A DNA stretch of 63,839 bases, filler included, from Asterionella formosa (taxonomy: Eukaryota): NCBI GenBank assembly GCA_002256025.1. It is 7 parts of 7 records of this genome, joined end to end, with 100 filler letters (N's around TTAATTAATTAA, not from the genome) between each part and the next. Parts side by side here need not be neighbours in the genome. Positions count along the whole stretch, not along the records: positions 18,329 to 27,381 come from NKIB01011235.1; positions 27,482 to 36,523 come from NKIB01011254.1; 5 more parts are not named here. The stretch is one strand, 5' to 3'. How positions within the stretch are numbered: position 1 is the stretch's first letter; every line of letters begins with the position of its first letter. Made by a program: the position numbers and the translations under genes. The notes under the pieces are model-generated. The model saw only the letters and a program-made list of their open reading frames with translations, had not been told where the DNA came from and searched no databases. Below are positions 23,226 through 35,370 of the stretch, one piece after another.

Positions 23226-24269
23226 GACAAATTTGTTCAATACTGACTAAGCATAGACTGCGCCAGCTTTTTCTGAAGTACAATGTACACAAATTTAGTA
23301 CAAAATGAATTTTGGCGAGGAGGAATGTCCGCGCCAGTTTTCTTAATGAAAAGCAGCTGCTGGAATGAAAGGAACAAAATATCACATTCATGGTAAAATG
23401 AAATTATTGTTATTGTTGTCGTTTTGTCGTCTTTTCTGCTATCATGATTGTGGTCTTGTTGTCGTTATCGCTGTCCCTATTGTTTCTGCTGTCATTATAC
23501 TTGTTCTTATTCTATTGTTCTTTCGTTGTGGTTACTGTGGCTGTATACCATTCCCTTCATCCTTGGTGTGCGTTTCTCGCCCTGCGTTTGAACTTGAACA
23601 TGCATTGTTTGATATGGAATGGAAAAAGGTCTTGTTTGTTAAAAACCAGCCATCATCTGACTCTGTGAATCTTGTTCTTGGCTTCCAGATGACCAAGGCC
23701 TCTCTTGTGGGCCAGTTCCTCTGGAAGAAACAGGCAGGCATTTTCTGTTTCTCCTTGTCATTACAGAAAGGATGCATCTGAAAGTTCGAGAAATATATGT
23801 TAAGCAGCTAATATTTTGGGAACTGGAAACAGGTCTTTTGTCACATTGTTGTTGTTCATTTTGTTGTTGCTCTGCACTGTCGCTCGTTTTCTTCATCTTG
23901 TGTTCAGAACTATGTTTGATTGATGTTGTAGTTCCTTAACCTCAATTTCGTTCTTCCTTTTACTTGTGCCATTTGGAATTGGAAAAGTGGTCCTTCATGA
24001 AATTACTCTGCAAACCTTGTTCTTTTTCTACAGACAGTCAATCTGTTTTTGGCAGGGCAGGGTTGAACCTTGGGAATAATGAAATGCTCTGCCTGTGTCA
24101 GGAAGGCTATCCTGTTTCAGGCAGGCTTTCAATCATTTGTTATTCGCATTGTTGAAAGGATTCCTTTGGTGCATAGGGGACAAATATATACATGGTAAGC
24201 AAGTGCAATGTTTTCTTGCCTTCTGCTGATATTGTCTGCTGTTGCTTGTTGTGAGCGGATCTCCTCTCC

Positions 24270-25416
24270 TATTCTCCTTTGTCTTTGTTCGGAATTGTTA
24301 GTGCAGGCATTGCTTATTTGTAATAAAATAGAAGAAGGGCTTGATTGTGTGCTTGTTAATTGTTGATCACGAACTTACTCTGCAAACGCTGTTCTTTGTC
24401 TAAAAACAATCAATCTGTTGAGCAAGGGATTTGTTGGGAATCAGGCGGCATGATAAGCACAATGAGAACAATGCCTTTGTAACAATTGTTTGTCCATGAA
24501 CTCACTCTGCGACCGTTGTTCACTGATTGCAGTTAATCAATTTGATGAGGGCTAGGTTGGACATTGGGGAACATGGTAAGGAGTACAACAGAACCGAAAT
24601 CATGGCTTCGCAACTTTTGTTTTCTCATCAACTCACTCTGCAAATGTTGCCCTCTTTCTACAACAGACAATCAATCTGAGCAATGAGAATGAGCAGCCGG
24701 CTCATTTGCTATGAATTGATCTACCGATAGTAGCAACAGGGGCGGGAATCCTGCAAGTATGAGTAGCCAGGAAATCTTGTGAGTCATTACAGCATCCAGC
24801 TGCAAGAATGAACATCCATTGCTTGTCCCATTGGTTTGAGAATCACGTTCTATAGAAAGTATCAATATAAACAACTATATGGAGAAGCGATTAATTTGAT
24901 TGATTTTGCGATTGTAGCTAGAATTTAATTTAAACGTTGATTGGTTACACATAATTATTTGTTTGACTAGCATATATATTTGTTTAACCTTCAGGTATTA
25001 ATGTGATCAAAGTAAAGATAAAATGGGAGTGAACTAACAGAATAAATGGTAGTCAGAGTGAAGAATATTTGTGATTGGAAATGTTGCCAATTTTAGAGAA
25101 AAGTACCATCATATTATAGAGATTATTACTACTGAACAAATTTTTCTTCGTGTCGCCAGAAAATATTGTCAGTTGGCCCCAAAAATTATGTGGCTTTCTA
25201 AAAAATAATTATGGAAAATGTCGAAATTATTTTAGTTCACTCCGTTCATATATATATTGTATGATGCATCATATTTTTTTATGTGATGTCATACCCTTAA
25301 ATTATCTACGTAGTTAAATTCGTCATATTGGGCCACCCAAATAATTAATTTGGGTGATCATATTTGACTAGCGTTTTTTTGTGGCGGCTGTACCAGTAAT
25401 CGGCGTTGTAGATGGA
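24270..25416 (+). mobile_element. Dispersed repeat B, copy 1 (non-autonomous TE, at least 1.15 kb)
   Basis: Reverse complement of 44501-45635 at high similarity. Has internal ~130-bp subrepeats (actctgcaaac..caatctg) and a subterminal hairpin at 25334-25356. Confidence 0.9.
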
Positions 25417-25429
25417 ATAGGTCAGTGGA

Positions 25430-25990
25430 CAACAGGTGTTTCAGGTGTGAATCATGTTATCCAATGCTCAGCAGCTGCATCCCAAAGAAATATGCTGGTG
25501 AAGCACTTCGAGGAGACAGTACTATGGGGCCCTGGCATATGCCAATATACTGCACAAAAATTCAAGGCAGGGATGAATCAGTGGCTTAACAGTGAATCTG
25601 AGAGGTGGGAGGGCCCCGCCCATACCACCTACAACAGATGTAGTGGGCCGGCTAACTTTTGAGGCTTTTGTGAATCAAATAGATATTGGATGGGGTCAAG
25701 TGTTCTGAGGAAGAATTAGTAAAAGCTGGAATTTGGCAATCGTGGCATTTAATAAAACAAAAGCCATGGAGCGACACCACCTATGATGAGTAATTGGAGT
25801 GTGCAAGTGATCAGTGGCCTTTGGCAGGTTGGTATCGACAGTTCGATCAATCGAAACGAGGTATTACATGGAAAAACAGAGGATGAACGATTGGAGAAGA
25901 CGGCAAAAGAGGTTGATGAGACCAAATAAGAACAAGATATGAACAGGATCAAGGGAATGTGCGAGAAGAAGAGAAATCTTTCTTCTTGCT
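25430..25990 (+). mobile_element. Degenerate non-LTR retrotransposon (LINE) ORF2 C-terminal fragment
   Basis: HVIQC (zinc knuckle end), NQIDIGWGQVF*GRISKSW and GLWQ....NRNEVLHG, typical of the stramenopile LINE C-terminus. Contains stops and frameshifts. Confidence 0.7.
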
Positions 25991-26259
25991 ACCAGTAGAA
26001 GTCCGCATACTCCGACACAATATTTATCAAAAACGAAAGTGGGTTGAATCAGTCGATTTAGCAGTGAATGCTTGGCTCCGCACCCATGCAGCCGGAATTT
26101 CTGATGGAGTTTGACTTTGCCCCGCACCAATATGAAAAGGAATCAAGGTCGACGACCTTGGGTTTGGAAGAAACAGACGTGATAGGAAGCTTTAAAGTGT
26201 CTATCAAGGCACAAGTACATTTTTTCGTGACTTTGAATGTACTTTAAATATTGGTTGTG

Positions 26260-26630
26260 AAACAAGAAACAGATCAAGGCAGAATTCATGTCTGGATTGA
26301 GGGGCCATAGCTCCCAAGTGGCGGGCTGGGGGTAGGTGCTGGTAGAGAAGTGGGTGAGGAGGTCATCGTCTAAGAGGTGCCACAGGTGGCTAGCATTGTC
26401 AGCCATAACATTTTCAGGGCCGGGGATATAGTGAATACATTGGACATGACGATGGTGTTGCTGATGCATTCCCAAAAGGCGGAGGAGGTATGCATGTTTT
26501 GCTGTCATGCGACAACCACAGTGTTGTCCTAACCACTGGCAGTAGTGAGTTCGAAATTGGGGTGGTGGTGGTCGAGTACATCCTGGTTGGCAATGGTGGC
26601 AAGGAGCTCAAGGTCACTGTTTGTGATTGT
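26260..26630 (-). mobile_element. DIRS/Ngaro-like (tyrosine-recombinase retrotransposon) RNase H fragment
   Basis: ITNSDLELLATIANQDVL, DNT, and AYLLRLLGMHQQHHR..HYIPGPENVMADNASHLW are DIRS-type RNase H motifs. Frameshifted. Confidence 0.78.
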
Positions 26631-26662
26631 CGTCTACAAATAAAAAGTATCATGCAAATAGG

Positions 26663-26800
26663 ATCAAGGGTATTGTACGCTAAGTGGCACAGGATTTTCG
26701 TATATATGATAATTTTTGGATCAAAAATATGATTAAGGTATCTTGTAACTATGATGATTTATTAATATTTTACCAACCTTGAAGTAAGAACTTTATCATC
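26663..26800 (+). repeat. Dispersed repeat C, copy 1
   Basis: Reverse complement of about 46200-46340 (gtacgctaagtggcacaggattttc..tatatgat..ttttt.gatcaaaaatatgat). Confidence 0.85.
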
Positions 26801-27381
26801 ACACAATGTATATAAACTGATCAACAACATTTCCCATAAATATCATAAACCTTCTCATATTATTTTCACTTCTCGTGATCGCCCGATGTAAATTATAACT
26901 ACAAAGTATCCTAAAACCAGCTCAACTCTATGCTATCATGTGAATTGTTTCATCGTAAATCTATCGTAAACATGATCATAATTCTAATCACAAGCATTGT
27001 TCAAAATAGATTAAAATGGATCGTAATTTAACTATCAAGTTAAGCAATGCTATCTATTAATCTACATGCCAGCGACCCAACGTTTCTCTCTCTACTCGGC
27101 TCAATGTATATTCCTTTCTTGCTCTTTCTTCCTCTGATCTGAATCGTGTGCGAGGCAGTGCCTTACTGATGCTGCGTCTCTTTCCCTGCTGTAAGTGTCA
27201 TTCTGAACTTGCCGACTATTCCGTTGTTTGATTGTTTTTATTGTCCTATGCATGCAGTTACAGTTACAATGAGAAGGAATGGTTTGTTAGCTAGTCATGT
27301 TACATTGACACAAGAACACGCAATTCCATCATATCCTCTTGCTTCACTTACCACAAATCAATGCAACTGATGCATAAGTCT

Positions 27382-27481
27382 NNNNNNNNNNNNNNNNNNN
27401 NNNNNNNNNNNNNNNNNNNNNNNNNTTAATTAATTAANNNNNNNNNNNNNNNNNNNNNNNNNNNNNNNNNNNNNNNNNNNN
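27382..27481. other. Artificial scaffold-joining spacer
   Basis: N44-TTAATTAATTAA-N44. Confidence 0.97.
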
Positions 27482-27661
27482 CGTGGTTGGGTTGTGATAT
27501 TGATGGGAGTGTCCTTCTTTCGGATTTGACCCCCTCGACTCAAACTTACCTTGCTTACTAAAACTAATCTACGGCGGAATACTTGGAGCCGCAAGTAGCC
27601 AGCATTCTCTCGCCTTGGTAACTTCCCCAAGAGCAAGTTGACACATCGAATACATTAGACA

Positions 27662-28528
27662 ATGGTCAGTGGAACGCAATCGTGGCTTTTTCAACGTAGA
27701 CATCGCTAACCTGCCTTGACGGAGCAGATTATATTGGAACGCGGAGCAAATTGCTGGCAGGGTCAAATGATAAATGGACCAAACTGCACACGACAAGCGA
27801 TGAACAGGATCTGTCTGTCAGTGGTCCAGCCCTGGCCGACTATTGCCTTGATAGTTCACCATCCACCTTCTCCCAAACTGGCCTTCTCACAATTGCCACT
27901 CGCCTCACTTAAATAACAGGGTATCTCTCGTGAAGGAACACACAAGCGTCGCGAGACCGGCGGTCGTCGCGCTCAGTTTCGTAAGAAGCGAAAGTTCGAA
28001 TTGGGTCGCGCCCCTGCCATGACAAAGATCGGCGAGCCTCGTATTCATCAAGTGCGTTGCCGAGGAGGAAGCATCAAGTCCCGCGCCCTCAAGCTCGACT
28101 CGGGAAACTTCTCCTGGGGGACTGAGGTTTGCACACGTAAGGTCCGTGTCTTGGATGTTACGTACAACGCCTCCAATAACGAGTTGGTCCGTACCAAAAC
28201 CTTGGTGAAGGGCGCTATCGTTCTTGTCGACGCACATCCTTTCAAGACGTGGTATGAGGCACACTACGGCGTTACCTGTGGATTGAAAAAGTCGGCCGGC
28301 GAAGGTCAGCCATCGATCGACCTCACGGAGAAATCGGCAAAGGTTGCTGCCAAATTCAAGACTAGACAGAGCAACCGGACTTTGGAGCCTACCCTTGACC
28401 ACCAAATGGCTTCTGGTCGTATGCTTGCCAAGATCACATCGCGTCCCGGACAAACTGGACGGTGCGATGGAATCATCTTGGAAGGACGCGAGCTTCAGTT
28501 CTACCAGAGAATGATGGCAAAGAAGTAA
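27662..28528 (+). CDS. RPS8: 40S ribosomal protein S8 (eS8)
   Basis: ATG-only exon 1 (27662-27664, inferred), intron 27665-27919, exon 2 from 27920: [30 protein letters not shown]...[20 protein letters not shown]...[11 protein letters not shown]. Confidence 0.96.
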
Positions 28529-28737
28529 ATAGGTAAAATAACAGATGACGACACAAACAACTTGACTTGTGAACCAAACCGTAGATTACAAGGAACAAGT
28601 TTGATAGAAATTTATTTCACCAATACATGAATGTGTATAACTTTGTTTCCTCAAAAAAATTAACTTATGGTAATTTATCTTTATGTTTGTACGTCGTTAC
28701 CCGTAACTCTCAATATTTGATACACAGAATTGCTCCT

Positions 28738-31700
28738 TCAGTTCTCAATGAAACTGTTGGAAAATGCCATGTCTCGAAGTGCACGAGCACTTTCTTCGCC
28801 AGTAGATGCAACTAAATCAGCAAACAACCCAGCCTTCTCTAATAACTCTTTGGGAGTACCGAATTCAGCTGCTCGGCCCTTATCCATCACGAGAATAGAA
28901 TCGTAGTCCATGATGGTATTCAATCGGTGTGCCACGGTCAGGAGAGTCGTGCCGACAAATCGTGTTCTTAACATCCCTTGGATGAATGCATCAGTCTCGC
29001 CATCGACACTGGCTGTAGCTTCGTCCATGACCAATACCTTTGGCTTAGCCAGCAATACTCGAGCAAGGCACAGCAACTGACGCTCGCCGACACTATAGTT
29101 CTGTCCGCCCTCTTCGACAACACCCTCAAGAAAGTCAACACCTGAATCTTTTCTAGCCAAACGGACTGCTTGCAGTGCTTCTAGAATTTGTTCATCGTTG
29201 GAACTACCAAAAGGGTCGATACATTCTCGAAGGGTTCCAGCAAAGAGGAAGGGGTCCTGAGGAATGATGCCGAGGCGGCCACGAACATCTGATAATCCTA
29301 GCGTGCTGAGATCTACTCCATCAATGAGGCACCTTCCAGACTCTGGCTCAACCAGACGAAAGAGTGCAATTGTCAAAGTGCTTTTCCCAGCACCAGTTCG
29401 TCCGACCACACCACAGCGTTTGCCTGGTTCGACCACGAAGGAAAGACCATTCAGAGCCAGTGGTAAACCATCTCTATATCGAATACAAACGTTGTCGAAC
29501 TCAACGCGGCCACGATCAGGCCAGCTTTTCTTCAGAGCAACTTCGGCATTGGTCACCATGCTCTTCTCGGTTGGCAATGTGGACATAGCATCTACTCTCT
29601 CGATGGAGGTGATGGATGCCTCGGATTCCCCAAATGCGTCGACAAAGAAGCCAAGAGTAATGGTGAAATTTGATGACCACATGATCAACAATGCCACCAA
29701 TCCGGGCTCGAGTTTCAAGACATCATTCAAGGAGGTAACCATCGTACTAGACACCAGGACAACAATAGAACCTAGCAGTTCAATTCGAATACCGAGCCAT
29801 CGCTGTGCCGAAATGAAGTTGAGGAGTGCAGCATTGTTGGTGTCGGCGCACACGCAAAACCTGTTAAGAAAGTTCTTCCTTTGCCGATATACTCGAATTG
29901 TTGAGGCACCATCCATCCCTTCCGAAACCATTGCCTGAATGGGCGACCGGGTTAAAGCATCGATTCGCTGTAAATCTGCCCCAGATTTGCGATAGTGCAG
30001 TAACATGACCCCGTATAGATAAGTTATAGGAGCCAAGGCTAATGCAATCCACGGAAGAATTGCCGTCATGATACAAATTCCTGCAATGAACCAACTGGAA
30101 GCTATCATAAGGACTGACATGGACTCTGTCAATGTCAAGTCGACGACTTCAATGTCATAAGTACATCGATTCAGAATTCGACCTAGTGGTGTCGTTTCGA
30201 AATACGACATTGGGGCTAACACTATGCGGCCCAGCATGGATGAAAAAACATTTTTGGCACATCTGGCTCCACCAGATACAGCCCATTCTGACCGACCGAA
30301 GGTAGCAAGTACTGAAATTCCCAAGATGATGGCATAGACACCAACATATTTGGCTTGTGCTGATCGACCATCAGTCTGGGGTGGAAAGATAAATCCGAAG
30401 ACGTCTACCTGCTTGTCGTAACCCTTTGTCCAAGTCGCCAGCCACAACTCTGTTCCAACATACGCGAACCGATCGATTGTCATTAGCAAGACTTGAATAG
30501 AGAAGAAAGGGAGACCACCAGCGTGTTTGAACCAAAGAAGCCATATTCTCAACTGTGAAAGTCCGTGCTGTCGAGATTCTTTTGTCATCAACTCGCCAAC
30601 GTTGTCATCGATTCGTCCCGTTGCCGTCGTTTCGACAACAGACGGTAAATTTTCAATGACTGAGTAGTTCTCTCCCTCTTTGTCGTTGAAATCTTCATTG
30701 CCCCCTTCTTGCACAGAGGAACGGATAGAGTTGATGGCGCTCAACGTTGCCTCATCAGCGCTACCAGAATCAAAACTTGCAAGCTCATCCCATTTACCAA
30801 GAAACTTCATTTGACCGTCCACTAGGATCATTAAGCGATTGACACGATTAAGGAAATGTGCGGCATGAGTGACGAGGACGATAGCCGATGATGATAATGG
30901 ACTCGATGGCGAACAGAACAATCGCTCAAATATCGTCTTGGCGGTACTAGCATCCAACGCGGATAGCGGATCGTCACAAAGTACAAGAACAGGCTTGGCA
31001 TACGCCACCCGAGCCAATGACAACCGCTGCTTCTGACCTCCTGAAAGAGTAACCCCACGCTCTCCAATCTCGGTAAGGTCTTCGGCAGAACCAAGTTGCT
31101 TGAGATCAAGTCTCAAACAGCACGCTTCTAGCACGCTTTCGTAATGGTGCTTCTCGTAAGGCAAACCAAACAAAATATTCTCTCTAACCGTCGCATTCAA
31201 AATGAAGGGAACCTGTGATGCATAAGCCACTCTCTGCGTATTTGAAACTGTTAGTCCATGAACAGCAGGCACTTCTCCGATGATACCGTTGATCAATGTT
31301 GACTTTCCGGAACCCACTGGACCTACGACCGCAAGGATTTCACCACGTCCAACTGTGCAGCTTATACCGGCAAGGCGAAACCCATCATTTGAAAAGAGAA
31401 CACCTTCTGCATCGCTAGGGCTAGTCTGGATTCCAACACTGTATGCCGATTGATTCATCTCAAGGATAGGGCGTATTGAGTCGAACTCTTTGCTTAGCTT
31501 CTCGTCAATCTCCTCCTCATCACTTTCACGAATCTCCCGATTCAAAAATGTTTCGATTCTTCTGGTAGCTTCGAGGGCTTGTCCAGCTTTCCCAATTAAT
31601 CGTCCAACGTAGTTAATGGGGAATCGCAAGGCAGTAAACAACAACAACACTGTAAATGTAACTGACGCGGTCAAGATGTTATCGCCTCCAATCATTGCAT

Positions 31701-32841
31701 AAGTTATAAACGTAGCCGCACTGGCCAAGACAGGAGACGTCACAGTGAGCACAAGTGTCATGGCCCAAACGAAGAGCTCCTTCTTGAGTAAGACCAATTC
31801 TCGGTTTCTTGAATCTTCGATTCTTGCTTTGTATTTGAATTCATAATTGTTGAGTTTCGTCACCCGAATGCCACGTAACATTGCATTGATGGTCTCAACG
31901 CGTTCATCTGTGATTTTTACCCTCTCGTGTCTAATCTTTAGCATGCGAGATGCAATCACTTGAACGACGGGGACAAAAAGAAACAAGACCACCATCCCCA
32001 CAATCGTAGTCGGTCCCATAATGATTAACAAAAAAATCGTCACCAGCATCATGCTCAATGGACAGCTCCAAATTAGATGACCTTCTTGTGCCACTTCAAA
32101 AACCTTCTGCGTGTCAATTGCTACTAGGTTGGTAACTACCCCAGAATTGAAGCCCCTTCTGCCTAATGGAGTGAGTTTCAATGTATTCCCGTAGATGACA
32201 TTTACGAGAGAAGCTCTCATGACGATTCCTGACTTAGTGGCCAAGTGTCGATGTCGGTTAGTAGCAAAAGCATTGACGACAGAGGCGACGAAAATGAGAA
32301 TGGCGAATGGCATGCCTTTTTTCACAACCTTTTGATCTGGATTTTCTTCCAGTACGCGCAGCAATTCTCTAACCAATAAAGGAGTAGACACTTGGGCAAA
32401 AACCGTTACCAACTGGCAGAATCCAGCGGGTACAAAGGTTGGAGCTGCCAATCTCCACAGCGTACGCAGTAAGCGTCGTGTGCTAGCCTTTTCCTCTTCG
32501 AAAAATTTGCTAAAAGTGTCAAGAGAAGCTGATCAGAAACATTCCGTTGAAGTCATCATTGGTAAGGCTTGCGCACATAATAAAACTCACATAAATAGAC
32601 TTGAAAGATACTTTGAGTCCATCGCTTCCGGCACCTTAAACAAGTCCTCTTGAGTCAAGTGAGTCACTCCGTCTTGCTCCATTTGTCGACGTCCCTTTGA
32701 AAGCAGTTCATTCATGTAGCTGTACGTCCAAATGGACCACATTTGCCGCCATCTAGATTGCTCAAGGTTGCGCACTTCTGGCCAGGGATCCTTTGGTGTG
32801 ATCGTGGCTCTGCTTGTTTCTTCCTGGGTGTTTGTGCACAT
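28738..32841 (-). CDS. ABC transporter subfamily C (MRP-like), TMD-NBD-TMD-NBD
   Basis: Exon 1 32841-32591, intron 32590-32510, exon 2 32509-28738, joining in frame. NBD1: GPVGSGKS, LSGGQ, DDPLSALD. NBD2: GRTGAGKS, YSVGERQ, DEATA, AHRL. Confidence 0.95.
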
Positions 32842-34534
32842 GTTATTGGTTGATCGATGACAAAAGCCCGGGGAGTGATTGATCGAAACTGTGATGCTAA
32901 CTCGCTGTTGTGATACATTGACGTAACAAAACACGAAACTGATGAGCCAGTCTTGAAATCTTGAATCCCTGCCTACCGGTACCGGTATGCACTTTCAATT
33001 TGCAAATGATTTACCGGTGGTACTCTCTACGACGGAAGGTCGTCCACATCGTCAAAACAGTGGCCTTGAACATCTCGAGCGATCAAGAAAGAAAGGAATC
33101 GAATGACAGCACAAATTTAGCGGTACATATTGGAATACCGGTTGTCATCCTCCTATCTATACCCTTCATACCGGTATAATATATACATATATCTTAATGC
33201 ATGCTGTATGTACAGCAAACATTTGAATATCTGCTTATGTACCGGCATTTATTACAGGTAGTACATACGTGTTCAAATACGTACATATTATTGATGGATG
33301 ATGGGACGATGAGACTCCTGCTCAGGGACTTACGTCATTATATTGATGGATGAGTGATGGGATGATGAGACTCCAGCTCAGAGACATATGAAATGATATA
33401 GACCTGCTTATTGTTAAGATGGTTCTCCTATTTGTTTGTTCCCGACTAACACTTTTTTGCGTGGCTTCGTCTAAAAAAGGTGTATCAGATTCAAATCCAT
33501 GTTGCTGATGTACATGGAATATATTTAGTATTTGACAGAGCAGCAAGGAATCCCCTGGTAGTCACTCTAAGAAGGTTACATGCCTTCTTTCGGGAAAAGT
33601 CATTCAACCGGTTGGCACCATCAAGATAGTGAAACTCAGTGCCAAAAGAGAGAACCAAGAGCCACACCACAAATCACTGGCATCATCCTTGCTACTTTAT
33701 TACACTGCAAAGTCTCTAAAAGGCAGAGAAACAAAACAGTCCTTTATAGGCAGAAAAATGAAATGCACACGATTCAGCCTATTATCAACACAAAAAACTA
33801 TGACCATGATGATATCAAGATGGCAAAGCAATCAGAGCAAGAATTATTTGTGGCAAAATTGGCTTGCAACAAAGAAATCACTTGCAATTATCAGGCTAAA
33901 AATACAGTGACATATCAAGAACCCAAAACAACAGACCCAACATTAAATTTTATCATGAAAGTGAAAATCAGGCAAATGTATACAACACCAAAATCATGGA
34001 AATGACAATACTAGTAGCTGAAAGTTTAAATATCAAGATATTAAATTCTCAACCAGCCAGAATCACTGGAAGTACAAGAGGTAGCAGCAATGTCATGCTG
34101 CCACCATCCCAGATCACTGACATTTAGATATCAAGATGAGTGTTTTATACTATATCAGAATCCTGAAGTGACAAAACAAGTGGTAATAGCAATGTCATGC
34201 TACTACCACCATCCCAAATCGCGTCATAGAAGGGCGGAAATAGAAAGCAGTGATTGGCAACACAACAGCTATCAATATTCTCTCGGGGTTGCTCGATGAT
34301 GGAGAGAATGACAATATTTTACAGCCCCACACAAACACAATTACAGTGCATTTGTCTGTTTCCCACTAGGAGATTGTATCAATCATTCTCATTGCATTCC
34401 AGTGCCCAAAGCTACCAGATTTTTTGGATTGATACTGGCTTGGTTAGTAAGTATGAAAGGGCTAGCAATGTCAGGAGGTGACATGGGAGCTACCCTATTA
34501 GCAGGAGCAAATCTTTCCTTCTTATATGCATTGA

Positions 34535-34768
34535 CTACTACTACTATACACACAAATAACTAATATTACCATTGCTTAGGCACAAGCTGCTTGTAGGGGG
34601 GGGTGGGGGGCAACCCACTATTTCTTGCACATCAGACAGCAATACCACGCAGGATGGTAAGGAGTGTGGGAGTTGAACCCAGCAATTGCTTCTCAAAACA
34701 ATTGTGGGAATTGAACCACACAACCTCAGATCAAAGGCAAAATGCTTAAACACTTAGCCATGCCTTTG
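34535..34768 (-). mobile_element. Candidate tRNA-derived SINE or tRNA pseudogene
   Basis: On the minus strand: A-box-like TGGCTAAGTG, B-box GGTTCAATTCCC, a second B-box GGTTCAACTCCC, and a (TAG)4 tail. The cloverleaf does not fold cleanly. Confidence 0.5.
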
Positions 34769-35370
34769 ATTTAATATATAATTTATAGAATACATCAAAT
34801 ATTTGTTGTTACAGAAAAGAGGTGTCAAGGCAATTCTGTCTTGACAAAGACAGATCGACTATTTTGTGTTGGAATATCCTATGAACAAAGTAGGAACAGA
34901 AAGGTTGCTTTCCAATTTAACATCCTATTANNNNNNNNNNNNNNNNNNNNNNNNNNNNNNNNNNNNNNNNNNNNNNNNNNNNNNNNNNNNNNNNNNNNNN
35001 NNNNNNNNNNNNNNNNNNNNNNNNNNNNNNNNNNNNNNNNNNNNNNNNNNNNNNNNNNNNNNNNNNNNNNNNNNNNNNNNNNNNNNNNNNNNNNNNNNNN
35101 NNNNNNNNNNNNNNNNNNNNNNNNNNNNNNNNNNNNNNNNNNNNNNNNNNNNNNNNNNNNNNNNNNNNNNNNNNNNNNNNNNNNNNNNNNNNNNNNNNNN
35201 NNNNNNNNNNNNNNNNNNNNNNNNNNNNNNNNNNNNNNNNNNNNNNNNNNNNNNNNNNNNNNNNNNNNNNNNNNNNNNNNNNNNNNNNNNNNNNNNNNNN
35301 NNNNNNNNNNNNNNNNNNNNNNNNNNNNNNNNNNNNNNNNNNNNTATCCCCATGCAATTTAGTTTACCGA

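Noticed and set aside
33290..34260. Short local duplications (~52 bp at 33290-33385, ~100 bp at 34080-34220) and ORF 33580-34005
   Set aside because: They look like decayed repeat DNA with no assignable family or coding signal.
34700..34768. Functional tRNA gene
   Set aside because: A and B boxes are present but the acceptor and anticodon stems do not pair. It is kept only as a SINE or pseudogene candidate.
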